Part shown: piece after piece, positions 26,006 through 38,387 of the stretch | How positions within the stretch are numbered: the stretch's first letter is position 1 | How the letters are laid out: every line of letters begins with the position of its first letter | DNA from: Raillietiella orientalis | Taxonomy: Eukaryota | NCBI GenBank assembly: GCA_036172245.1 | Contig: JAYWIR010000016.1 | Location: 1,054,001-1,118,000, forward strand | Reading direction: 5' to 3' | DNA: 64,000 nucleotides | Translations under genes and position numbers: made by a program | Notes under the pieces: model-generated | Database searches by the model: none | What the model was told of the DNA's origin: nothing | Seen by the model: the letters and a program-made list of their open reading frames with translations, nothing else

Positions 26006-29000
26006 CCCTAAGGGAACCGAAAACCATGTGATCTCTCTTTGCTGGCAAGCAAGCGCGGAAGGGTGAAAGAGCGTTCTCGGCGCTTTGGCGCGGAACACGG
26101 TTGTTTCAGGATGAACCAACGGCGTGCCATCATCATCACACAGAAGGATCGACGTGAAACGGTAAGAATGTGCGGGAACGCGCTCTGGAGAGAATATATA
26201 TATAAAAAAAGGAGCCAAAAAAAGCATTCATTTTTTTCCTGCGCCTCTTTTGATCTGTTGTCGCTGAGCTGACACAAAAATTCCTCTTTCGTTCGATTAC
26301 GATGACGTTGCTCCGGATGCGGAGAGTAAGAATATCTCTCGGGACTTTCATCGAAGAGACCACTCCCAGATGGCAGCCTTTTCCTAGCAACGGAGAGAGG
26401 GTTTCCGCCGCTGCCCATCGCGGAGCTCGCTCGGACGCCGCGGAGCTCAGGGACCGTTGATCGATTTCCATGGAGTTCTTTCCCACTTCTCCTCGTGCCT
26501 GTCCATCCGTCAGATGGACCGCTAGGGGAGCTCCATCTGCCAGCAGATGGGCGCGCGGCAATCTGCCCAAGATGGAAGGAGAGGCTTGTTGGGTGGCGAA
26601 GAGTTACGTACGGTGCAGCAGGTGCGTCGCAGGACTCTGTGCTGCGTGCAGCTCGTGAAGGCGTCCTTGCCCTCCGCTTGCCAAGACGGAAGGGGAGAGG
26701 GAGGGGGGAGCTCCCACGCGCCACGGGCGTCAGCACAAAACCGACGGAGCGAAAATTCGCCCGCCGCCACGCGACCGTCTCACGCCGACCCCCGCTTTCG
26801 AGGGGCGGCGGCACAAGGCGTAGCGGATCCGAGGCGCTCCGTTTCTCGCGAGCATTCGCTCCCCCCCCCCTTTCCCCCCGCCTCCCCCCTCTCCGCTTCC
26901 GGCTTCGAGGAGCTTCCACGAAACCCTGACGAGACCAACCGTTCGTTCCGGAGCGGCTCGGAGCGCGCGCGAAACAACGCTGCTGCGCCTGCCCCGTGCG
27001 AGATGCGGCCGAAGATGCCGGTGGCACACGAGCACGGCACGGGCGATGTGTGTACACGCAGGGAAGACGGTTCTATCGCACAAGGCGCCCCCCTCCCCCA
27101 TCCGCCCGCCTACCCGCGACGGAGACGGACACACCCGCCGCAAGGGCGGCGCGCGGAGGCGGACCAACCGCGAGCTTCCCGCTTTCCAGGCGGAAGACCG
27201 AAGTGGGTCTGCGGTGAAAGGAGAGGCGGATGGATGAAAGAGAAGACAAAAAAAAAAAAAAAAAGCTCGGATCTTCTCGGCAAGAGAAGATGCGAAAACC
27301 GCGAAAGAGATTTCGAGAAGAACGCCCTTCGGAGCGCGCAACGGTGGAGGTGCCCCCCCCTCTCTCTTTTCAAGGGGTCCTTCTTCCTTTCGCGGTTTAC
27401 TGTGACTTAATTGTGGTTGCTGGGAGGATGCATGCAGATTTCTCTCGCTAATGTGCATCGCGCTGGAGCCAAAAATCAAGGACGAACGCCTCGGATTTGC
27501 TCCTTGCAGTTTCGCGTCACGAATTCCGCAGCTTCGACGCGAGAGGACCTCGGATGGACGTGACTCCCTCCGCCTTGCGGGCTTTCCGGGAACTTGCAGG
27601 CGAGCACTTGCACCCGCATACGGCGGGGGGCGCCTCCTGACGAATCCCGCGCGGAGCTTCCTGTCGGAAAGGGATCGCCGTCGCCTCGAGGAGGGCAGGG
27701 AACGTCCGGGTTCACCCTGTTCTCCCGGCGGGGCGAAGCGACGAGAAATCGGCTCCCCCCCCCCCTATCCGTCGCCCCCATGAGGGCGGACGCGGTCGGC
27801 TCCAGCGCGGAGGCGCGAGGGGTGTGCGCAACGCCAGCCAGGGGACGCGCCCACCTGCTGTCGCCAGGCGCAGTTCACGCCAGCGAGAGAACGCCCGCCA
27901 CCATGACAACGAACGAAGAGCATCGTCCGCAGTGGGAAGGAGAGATCGAAAAGGCAAGAGAATCGCGATCAGGAAGACTCGGGGAGAACTTTAGGTTTTT
28001 TTGCTTCCTCCATCTCTTTCATCTTCGCGTTCTTCAGATTACCCTGGCAACGACCTCCTTAACACCAAGTTCAGCTGGACGTTTCGGAAAGCGAGGAGGA
28101 AGAGGAGGAGGAGAGAAGGGAAAAGGCAACAACATCTGCGTATCCTTCTACCTACTGCCTTCGAGATCGTGCATAGGAACGAGGGCTCCCATTTCCTCCT
28201 TCCGGGAAGGATCGAACGCCTGCAGGCCTCGTGGTCGGCTTTGAGCGAAACATTTGGTCCCTCTTCTTCTTTGCGGCGTTTTCGTTCGGGTTGCGCCGGC
28301 CGGTCAAACGGGAGGGACGGGGAAAGGCGAGTCGCTGGGGTGCGTTCTTTCCCATCCCGGAGTTGTCCCCTAGCCAAGGTCGGAGGAGCGGTCCATCGCA
28401 CTCCCCTCCCGCCGAAGGCGGCGGGAGGATTCGCTTCCTGCGCTCCGGTCGGACGACTCGCGGGCGCATTCCGTCCGGCAACGGCGCACTCGTGTTACAT
28501 GCTGCACTGGCGCGTGCGCCGGACGCAAACGCGAACCCCCCTCCCCCCCCCCCTCTATCCATACCCTTCCACCCTGCTTCCCCATCCAGACCAGCCGGGA
28601 GCCCTCGATGATCCCTTCCGAGTCGTCCGGTCGACGACGGAAGCCCCTCGACTCCCGCCTTCCTCGCGTCGAGAGATCCCCGTCGCCCGTCCGAACGCGC
28701 GAGATTTCGCACACGTCGCGACGGCCGAGCTGGATGCTTGTGTCGAGGAGTCTCCACAGTAACCCCCCTCCCCTTTCCCCGCCTCGCCGTGTCACCACGG
28801 AGATCCCGCTTTCCCTGCTCTCGGCCGCGCGCGTGCCTGTGGGCCGGCCCGCTGCGCCGCGGTGCTCAGGTGCGCCGTGGGGAACCGTTCTCACGAAGCG
28901 TCCCGTCGACCGCAGTGCCTCTGTCGGCCGGCTGCGACACCACGCCGCCCTCCCTCCCACCTCCTATTCGCGCGCTCTCTGTCGGTTGCGTTGGAGAGCG

Positions 29001-29699
29001 GCGGCGCTTCCCGTCGGAGTTGACCCGCCCGGAGCGATGCTTCCAGGCTCGCAGATAACTTTGTCGTCCGAAGAAGGAGGAGGGGGGGGGAAGGAAATAT
29101 CGCCTATGGGTATCCAAGCCCTTTCGTCCGGCCGCCGCCGTGTCTTTCGTTCGCGGAGCTCTGTCCGTTGGGATTCCGGACGCGTGCGGTCAGTTGACCG
29201 TGCGGAAGCGGACCACGGCCCATTCCGACGTGTGCTCGCCCGCTGCAGGAAGTGACTTTCGTTGAAGCACTGGTGGCGGGTAGGCGGTGCCACAGGTGGA
29301 GGCGAGCGTACATCGGACCCGAACGCCTTTGGAATACACTTAGGTGCACTAGTGTACAAAATGGAGTACAAAGTTATGTGCAAAATGGAGGAAGCTGAAA
29401 ACCAGTCTACGTATTTTCACTCTACCTTCGGGGACACTCTGAGAACAGAAAGGAGATGGGGTGGGCGAGAATCGAGCCACAGGGAGGACCGAAAAGGGGT
29501 AGAGGAAAATCGCAGCTGTAGGCTGAGACTGGGAATGGGGGAAGCAGTGTCCCCCTCACCTCGTTGTAGCTGTTGGGACTGGGAGTAGGGGCATGTCAGG
29601 AGGCGTTTGGGGATGAGCGCTTCAGAGGTCACGATGGGGTAAGGGAAGGAATGAGGTTGTCACGGGAACAGACATCCCTGGACCTCCATCGTTAGGATC

Positions 29700-30620
29700 G
29701 CGCCAAAAGGCAGAGTCCAGCCCGGAACAAGACCCTCGAGGCATGACCTCAAGAGCATTCCGCGACCCAAGGAGACCCGCCGCCACGGCTCCACTGTTTG
29801 GAGCACCCTACCCCGCCCTTCCAGCCGAGCGGTTGGGGGCCCGACCTCTCCGGCTCTATCAAGAGAAGGGGGCAGGCGACCGGAGGAATCTCGCAAGAGG
29901 CATCTGGTGGGGGAAGGAGGGGGAAGCCGAGTTGGTACGGGTGGCGCCCCGAGGCTGTCAGTCATGCAGGAGCCAAGTAGACCACCATTCTGTTGCGCCT
30001 CTGCGCCAGAGGGCTCCCCCATTACCAGTACAGTGGCGAAGAACGAGGGTCCACAAGCTCCGCGGAAACCGGGACGCTTGGGGTTCCCTTCCGGGAGCGA
30101 CCGACCTCCCCGCTCTCTTCGAATAAACCTGCAGTCCGCGATCGGTCGGCCGCCGCCCGTGTCGGAGTGGGTCGGGCGCCGCGCGAGGGCCTCTAAAAGG
30201 CGGAGGAAGATGAGTGCAACTGCGAGGAGGCGCTGTGCAGGAAGTTGCAGAGATATCCTCCGAAGAGCACAACTCCGCCGAGTCGAAGGGAGCGACGAGT
30301 CGGCTGCCTCCGGCAGGACGGCGGAGTACCAGCAGGTCCCGTCGACGTCTCCCTCGATTGCAAGAGCTCGGGAGGATGGATCGCTTCCTGGGGAAAAGGG
30401 ATGGCAACGCCCCGGAGCACGCCGCGAGGGCCAGGAAGACCAGGACGGACTATAGCCACTGGATCCGCGGAGGCCCTCTGAGAGCGCGCCGTTGGGTTGC
30501 TTTCCAAACGACCATCGCCGCTCGAGAGGGGTGGAGCACGTGGAGGCGCTGCTCCGGCCGACGGATCCCTTTACCCGCATCCGCCCACCTTGGCCGGGAC
30601 TCAGAGGAGGCAACTCTTCA
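29700..30620 (+). mobile_element. Decayed BEL/Pao-type LTR retrotransposon integrase C-terminal remnant
   Basis: Frameshifted plus-strand fragments in order: GMTSRAFR (like LSTEAFL), NLARGIWWGKEGEAELVR (like PRAPWWGGFWERLVR), RLSVMQE...SPITST (like LTFEEL...NSRPLT), PSESAPLGCFPNDHRRSRGVEHV (like WPLGRI..VHPGxDGVVRV). Confidence 0.42.
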
Positions 30621-33600
30621 CGCCCTGATCTCCCGGCAACCTGCTGAAGGCACGGGCAATGCGTCTGCTTCAACGACAGGGGGAGGGGGGGTTCTGCGAG
30701 GAGGAATTCCCGTCCACACAGGCAGGGGAGTAACAAACGTGCGTGGACCGTAGCCGATCCCTCGATTCGATGGCAGGAGGAGAGAGTCTTCCGGGAGTCC
30801 GACCACTTTCGATTCCCGCCTTCATCCCATCCGACGTCCCACTCCCCGCGGACAAGCGCACCCTTCTCCTCGGTCTCAGTGCCTCCGGACGTTTTTTCCT
30901 CGCTCAGTCGCAGTCGCTGTCTCCGACCTACGCCGGCATTTTTCGGTCACAAACGGCGGGTTCCAGTCGTGGCCCCGCCCCCTTCCAACCTCCGGGAAGC
31001 AGCCGCGAGGTGGCCCTGGAGGTGCGGCTGGACTTTTGCCGCCGGTTGATCCGTTAATGCATGCCTGCGGCTCGACCTCACTAAGACATCCTGGGCTCCA
31101 TCGGCTGCCCAGGACACACCTGCCTCCAGCTGGGCTGTCCATACCGAGATGCTCCATCCCTACCGCCTACTGCTGCTGCTCCCGCATTACTCGCGGACAC
31201 GGCGGCGCAGTCGGGACCGCCGCTTCGTCACCACACCCACGGGGGACCACCGCACGTGTTCCGCGAGGTCGAGGGCCGGACCACGAGGCCTCGACCTTCC
31301 CTCTAAGCTGCTCGCAGGTGAAGCCAGGGAGTGGCACCGTGGCACCTCTTTGCGCCTCCCTCCGTGCCGCGGGGAGGAGCTGGGACGGGGAGACCGGGAG
31401 GCGTTCCTTGGCTCCCCGGACACGCCATTCTCGCCTTGGAAGAAAAACTGGAGCTTAGCGACGGGTTCGTATCCTGGAGGCACCCGGTGCTCCAAGCCTG
31501 AACCTGGCTTTGTGCCCTCCTCTTTCCCGCCTAAAGCGAAATTGGCAGGAAAACACACACACAAAAAAAGATTCGTCAGAGATGATGTCATCGAACGTTT
31601 CTTTGAGACGACTGCCGTTCCCAACAGGTACGGAACTAAACGGGAAGGGATGTGAGGTGCACTTAAAAAAATGCACACGAGGAGTGCGGTGCCTTCCTCC
31701 TGTGTATTCCACATCTCTCCTTTCCTCACTCCCGAGAAGGGGGATGGGGGAGGGAGGTCGAGCTGACTGCCTCAAAGGCGTTTCGCGTACGTGTGCTTCC
31801 ATGGGAACGCTGCAGCAACGAATTCCCCTTGCTGCTAGGAGCAGGACGTTTCCCACCTTCTCCCTTCTCGCCCTCTGTGATGCCTCACGGAGCACCTTCT
31901 CGTGTCCTTCCAGACCTCTCGAGGGCGCGCACTCTCTTCACCTCTTCTCTGCTCCTCTTCCTCTTTCTTCCATTCCTCCTTCTCCTTCCATCTGATTCTT
32001 CCGCTCCCAGAGTTGCCTCTAAATCTCTTGCACTCTTCTTATCAGTCTTATGCTCATCACCTCTCCCTCCCTGCTCCCCCCTGCTTCTCGGGGAGCGAAG
32101 GGCACATCTCCGAGGGGGGCCGGATTGCCCTCTTCCCTCCTGCGCGGAACAGCAGCTTCGCTCCAGGTTTTCCGCATCGGCCTGGAGTGGTCGGTCCCGC
32201 CACTCCAGGCCGATGCCCTCCCGCTGCGCCGCCTGAGCTCCCACGCGCTGCGGTTCGCTCGCGCACGGGGCGTCCCTCCAGAAGCGAGGAGGAGGAGAGC
32301 GAGGGCGCCTGGAACCTCCTCCCCACTATCTTCCCGATCGCGAGCGCCTCCGGGAGGAATCTTCCTGCGATCCCAGTCGGTCCCGTGGCAAACTCGACGC
32401 CGGGAGCGAGTCCCTCGTTTTCCACCGACTCCACGCACCCCCCTCCCCCTTAGGTTCCTCCCGCCGGCCGCATCGCGCGCTGCGCCCCGCGGGGCCGGGC
32501 GGGTCGTCGTGGCGAAGCCGCTTGCCGCTCCTCCTTTCCTTCTTGTCCTCTTGTCAGTTCCTCGGAGGGTCCCTGTGGAACCGGGAGAGGGGGATAATGC
32601 GCTCCGGAGTCGCGTCCCTCTCTAGCTCGCTTGAAGTTCCGCACCCATGCGGAGGTCGGTGGGATGGCTGGCAAGGTCAGGAAGCAGACCCACGGGTCGA
32701 CCACCAACGTTCCCCTGGGATGTGAGTCTGCTGCCCATCAACTGGCCCCCAGGTCCTCACCCGCACAGCGCCAGCGGCGTCGGAGTTCACCTGGAGGAGC
32801 CGTGGCGATTGCCTGCGAGGACTTTCCTGACCCGTGGGAGCCACATCCCGGGCACGCGGAGTGGGAACGTCGCGGACAGGCAAAGCGAGCAGCGCTCGGG
32901 GCCCTGATGGCAGGGTCCTGACATGTGCAGAGAGGAGGCTCCTGGCCCGCTCCCGTGTCGTCGTGGGCAGGCCCGAGCAGTCCTTCTCGCAAGGGAACGA
33001 GCCTCAGGAGCCCGACCCACGCAAGGAGGGGAGACCCGTTCCCGGTTTGGGGAGAATGGACGAGGGGGGGGGAGGCGCGCCTGTTGCATTTTTCCCTTAG
33101 AGGATCGGGAGAGAGGATCACGGGGAACGCGAGACCTGCACGAGCCCCTCCCGCGCCGCGCAACAGCAGACCGATGCCCTCGGGCGAGGATGACGCATCG
33201 TCCGTCCGCGCGACCGCCGCCGCCCTCCTCCCCCGCACCGCCTGCCGATCGCGCGCGACAGGCGCGGGTTTTCTCGCGCGGGGCTCACGATGGCAGGACC
33301 CGAGGACGGGAGCTCGGACAAGGCAGGAAGGACGGCCGGGGGATCGCTGGAGCGCCTCCAAAGTGTGGGCGGTCGGACAGCGTGCGCGTAGGAGCGCCGC
33401 GGCGGAGCGACTCACGCAAGAGAGTGACGGTTTCGCACGCAGCTCGAGAGCAGCAGCAGCAGCAGCGGTGACGGCGGCCGTGCGGGCGCGCTGCCGTCGT
33501 GGCCGCCGCCTCCGCCGTCGCTGTGGCGAGTGCGGCGGCGGGAGGCGACGGCAGCGGCGGACGGTCCGGTAAGCGGGCGTTTTGGCTTCTTCCTTCCCCG

Positions 33601-36600
33601 GACAAAGGTGGGACTCTTCCCGGGTGGTTCTTATTTTGCTGCTGCTCCTCCCCTCCTCCTCTCCCATCCCTCCGTCGTCCTCGCCAGCTTCTCTCTCCCC
33701 CTTCGCGATGGGAGAGGCGGATGGCCGTTAGCTGGCGACGGAGATGTCGTCTCCGGGAGGGAGGAAGAGGAGCAAGTGTGCTCCAAGTGTGCCCCCACCC
33801 CCACTTCCGATCCGCTTTCTCCAACCGCCCCGCATTTCGTCCTCGCCCCATTTTTCTGGCTTTTCTTCCGTCCCTGTGCTCCACAGTTGCCTGGGAATGC
33901 CCTAGGATTCTCAGCTGCCAAGGCAGCAGCGATGGGAGAGAGAGCCCGCCCGAGGGTTCTCCCTTTTGCCCTACGGGTGTGGAAGGTGGAAACGAGGTAA
34001 CTCCCCCTGAACGCACGAGATCCCCGCGCGGTTCCCCCCTGCCCTCTCATCCATGTCCATACGAGAAAGCCCCTGCTCCGGGAACTCCCGGAGCAGCGGT
34101 GCACCCCTCGGGCGCTGAAGGGTAGAGGAAAAGGGGCGCGTCGCCTGGACGGGAGCCGTTCCTGGAGCCCGTGGTCCACGGGAGCAGCCAGGCCCTCTCG
34201 CCTCAGGAGAGCGGAGCGCCCCGGGCTCCCCCTTCTCCCGGAGGAGGCGGTTTCCATCATCCCGCTCGTTACGTCTCCTCCCGAAGGGGACTGTCGCCTC
34301 CCATGTCGCACCCTCGAAAAGAGGAGCGGATCCTCCCGAAAGGAATCCGAGGGTTCTGAGAGCCGGGCCGCTCAGGACTCTCGGGAGGGAGGGCCCTTCG
34401 GTTGCTGAGTGGGAGGGGGAGGGAAGGCAGGAGTCTTCGGGATTCGGCGGGTATTTTGCCTGGCCCTCCTCTTCGCTTCCGGCTGCTCCCCGGACTCTCT
34501 TGGGAACGGCAGGATAGAGAGAGAGCAAATGGCCACTCGCCAAGGGAAGAGGGGGGTAAGGGAGACAAGTCCGGATTCGAAAGTGAAGGAGCAGAGGGGA
34601 ACACTCATCCAGAGAGAAGAAACGCCCGGATGGGGGTGGGGGGCGGGGAAGAAGGGGGTGCAATAGGGACGAGAGCAGGGCGACTGCTTCCCGAGGGCAG
34701 ATCGGCGCTGGCAGTAGGAAGGATCCGAGTGTTTTTTTCGCCCGGGGATGCGCACTCCTACTTTCCGGTACACTTCCTCTGCTCACGCATGCGGAGGCGC
34801 CGCCGCCAGGATGCTGCGAGCCGGGGTGTCCGAAACCACGGGAAGAGAAGGGCGTTATGGATGGTCCGCACCCCCCCCCATTCCCTTCCCTTCCCTTCCA
34901 CGCAGTCTCCGTCCTCTCCTTCGCGCAGGGTGGCCTTCCGCCGAGGTCGAGTCCCTCCACCCCCGCGTCCGGGATGCCCCGAGCGACTTCCGGGCAGCGC
35001 CACCTCCTGGAAGCTTCTCCACCCCCGCAAACTGTCCGCGCGCTGCGAAGGGGAACGGGGAGGTCAAGGACGAAAGGGAGGAAGCAGAAATCGGGAGAGA
35101 GAGTCCCTTCCTCCCTTGCCTTCCTCCTCCCGCTCTGGCGGCCTCTCCTTCTGGGTCTCCGGGTGTCCCGTAGGTGGAGCGTCTCCTCCCCGGTGGGGAG
35201 GGAGTGGATGACTCTCTGGTGCCACCTGTGTGGCAGCAAGGAGCCACCTGTTGTGGGGAGAGGGGAGAGGAAGCGTCACTCCCCCTGGGATGCGGTGGAG
35301 AACGGAGCGGCGATGGGCCGATCCGCTGGAGACCGGGGCATGGCCTCTCCCCTTTTTCTCGCCCTCTTCCGCAGCCGAGAAGTCAGGAAAGGGACAGGTG
35401 CAAGTGGGAGGAGCGCGTCCCTTTCTCCCCCGTTCCGTGAGGACCCCAGCACTCTTTCCGTCATCCGGTAAAGGGACTGGGAAGGGGATGAACCGCGGCT
35501 GCCCAACGTCCTGACGAAGAAGGGGGAGGGAGTATGTCGCCTTGGGATTTGGTGGGGTAGAAAGGGGATAGCACAGCCCGTCTCAACCCCGACCTCGGAG
35601 ATGGACTCTTGCCCTACATATAGGGCCCGCAATCGCACGCTCTTAAATCGCACGCCTGTCCCTCTCCTTGCCCGCTGCCTTCGTCAAGGGCGCGTCCCTG
35701 AGCTGGGAGGCATTTCCTCTTCCCCTTCCCCCTCTTCCCTTCCCTTCCCGGAGAATCGGCTCGGTGTCAGGCAGCGCTCCCGGATCCGAGAGCGGGAGGG
35801 GCAGACACGAACGTGAGTCTCCAGGACGATGACGACGAACGGAGCCGTTCGCCGCCGAGGAAGGCGCTCGTCCTTCCGGATCCCTCTTCCTGTGTTCCTG
35901 GATCGAGGGCGGCCCCTCTCATTCGTTCGGCCCGGAAGGGTCGGTCGCTCGCGGCCACTGACGTCATCGGGCGTGAGACTCCACAGCAGGACTCCGTGGG
36001 AGACGGGAGCGAGGGATTTCCGATGGGCCGGAGGCGCTCTTGCCTGGGCAAGAAGCTGACCAGACGGCGTGCTCTGCCCGCTAACCTTCTCCTCCTCACC
36101 CTCGGAGCCTTTTGATTCCCGGTCCCATTCGCGTCCTGTCGCACTCCGGAAGCACGCAGGAGGAAGAGGCAGAATCTCTCCTGCATCTAGAAGAGCTTCT
36201 GCCCCCCTTACTTCTTCTCATGTTACAGGGACAGGGGGGGAAGGGGGAGAATAATGCGCGTTCCCGCGGGGCTCCCTCCATCGGCAGCACGCCCGTTGCG
36301 GGCTCGGGACGTTGTGCCTCCTCACATTGAGACGGCGACCCACGGGGGCGCTCTCTACGAAGTCCACTGGGGAGCGTGCCCTGGTCACGGTCGGACCGCC
36401 TGCGGCTTCGGGGTGAGCGAATGGAAGCCTGCGCTCCCCTACCTTCCCTCCGGGGCACTCTTCACGCCTGAGTGGTGAAGCGAGGGGGACCGCCAGGATG
36501 CGGAGATCCGGGGGTCCGGCGCAGTTCTCCTTCCTTCCACCAGCAGACCCCTTCCTCCCCCGGACGTGCATATCGCCCTCCTTCCCGGTTGTCGTCAGTC

Positions 36601-38387
36601 GCAGGTGGAAGGGAGTGGGTGATAGTCCGTTCCATATAGTGCGTCCTTCCCCTCTGACCTCTCTCCCGGGAGTGCAGAGGGAGGAGGAAGGCTGGCCATG
36701 GGCCCGGACTCGACGCCCGCCGCCCCCGACCAGAGCATCGGTGCGGAGGACGCCAACACTTCGTAGGGGAAGAGGGTCCCTCGGGGACGTTGTCCCTACG
36801 CCCCGGGCACGGTCGCGTCAGTGGCGGTGCTCTGTGCGGGGGGCTACGGGGATCCCTCGCGCCCCCTTTGACCTTCGAGGGGTCACCCCTTCCTGTGCGC
36901 GGGGAGGGCTGAAGGAAGGGAAAGAGGGCGGCGGCGGAGTGACACCGCCTCCGCGTGCAGGGAATCGCATCCGAGGCTGCGGAGCTCCGCCAAGGCTGGC
37001 AAGGAGCGCGTGGGAGAGCGAGCGGAGGCGCCGTCGCGCGCCCTCGCAGGTGCGCTCTGTGGCGGCGGGGGAGGCCCGTCGAGGCGGTCGGCAGGCGGGC
37101 GCGCGGGAGGGAGCGCTTGAGGTCGCCGGAGGGCAACTTCGGAACCGGTCCACCTTCTTCCGGAAGAGGCTCTCGTCCGCCGGCCGCCTTGCGGTGTTCT
37201 CCAGGGAGCATCCTCTCCGGCGGGGAGAGGGGGCGGCGGAGGAGCACCGCCTCCCACCCTCCGGCAAGCGCGCGGGGAAGGCTGGGAGGAAGGAGGCGCG
37301 GCGCCGACCTGCTGCTGGAAGCGGAAGACGCGTTTCCGCTCCTCCGCTTTCCGGGACGTCGTGCGAAGGCGAGGGAGATGGCTCTCGCCTCCTCCATTGC
37401 AGCGTCGTAGCCGTCCTTGCAATTTCGCTCGCGGAGGACGCGCGCGAGGGGAGGTACAAGAGAGAGAGAGAGAGAGGAAAAAAATCTCCCAAGGTGGACC
37501 CTGCTAGCCTGGGGAAAAGAATTTGGGGGCATCCGGGACACGAACCTGATAGCGTGCGAGTGGGCGAAAACACGGCACTCCCCCATCCAGTCGCAGGAGT
37601 CCCGACTTTGGGCGAAGAAGGAAGGAGGAGGAACGTGGTCAGCCAAAGGCCAGCGGCGCTCATCTCGGGGTTCTTCCCCCTTCCCCTTCCTTTTCGCGCT
37701 CCGATCCAACCCCCTTCTCTCCCGTTGAGAGTTTCTCATTCCCAGAGCTCCTCGGAGGTGAGAGGGTATCCAGGATTCCCCGCGGCGCCATTTTTCGCAC
37801 CGCAGTAGAAGACGATTGGTGGAGAAGGATGGGACGGGGTTGGAATTTGTTCTCCCTAAACTTCCAGCAGCCATTGCTAATCCTCCTGTCTTCCGCTTTT
37901 GCTCTTCATGGAAAGCCTCGCTCCCGAGGGAATGTCCTGAACCTCCCGTTCTAACCGAGAGGTTTTTTGACCTCCAACTGCCGCTGCCCCGCGGCCAACC
38001 ACAACCGTCCCGACGACCGCAGACTCATCCCTTTCTCCCTTCCTCCTCATCCCTTTCTCCCTTCCTCCTCCTCCCTTTCCCCTCCTTTTCCTCCTTTCCT
38101 CCTCTTTATCTCTTCCTCCTCCTCTTCGGGAGCGGCACCTCCAGCAGTAGCCACGGCTTGCCACGACGTCCGGAGGAAACACTTTATAGGGATCGGCCCG
38201 GTGGAAATGAAGGAGCAAAAAGGAAGCATCGAACAAAGTCGAGTTCCGGCTCCAGCAGCGGGAGGAACCTGGGAGGGGGGCGGGTGGTAAAAGGTCACAG
38301 CATGGGGCGTGCCTCTTTCCACCCTGCCAATTAACCACTTTTTTTTTTTCCCCTGTCCTTGCAGGATGGGAAGATTTCCTCCTTGCG

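Larger units (their letters stand above)
23985..26670 (-). other. Candidate exons of an unidentified spliced gene
   Basis: Minus-strand exons 24568-24534, 24483-24417 and 24061-23997 are joined by GT-AG introns of 50 and 355 nt and read CSPAKEMELLSGDSAITTCENEYSLPRHVADSQSCYEEPAQLRNLDQQHFHTRAF. Further candidate exons lie near 26385-26300 and 26190-26030, with a 49-nt intron near 26563-26611. No domain recognised. Confidence 0.3.

Noticed and set aside
26924..26980. Hammerhead-like CTGACGA...GAAA
   Set aside because: Stem II does not pair after CTGACGA, and no stem I/III with a cleavage triplet was found.
33400..33575. Possible 5' non-coding first exon of the TEP gene (donor CG/GTAAGC near 33569)
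   Set aside because: Only a donor-like site supports it. There is no in-frame ATG and no promoter evidence.
26008..37874. Long overlapping ORFs in the GC-rich zone (e.g. 36462-37874, 36498-37808, 33971-35239, 29660-30736)
   Set aside because: They occur in several frames on both strands at once, are R/P/G/S/A-rich, run through homopolymers and show no domains. This is expected from stop-codon scarcity at high GC.
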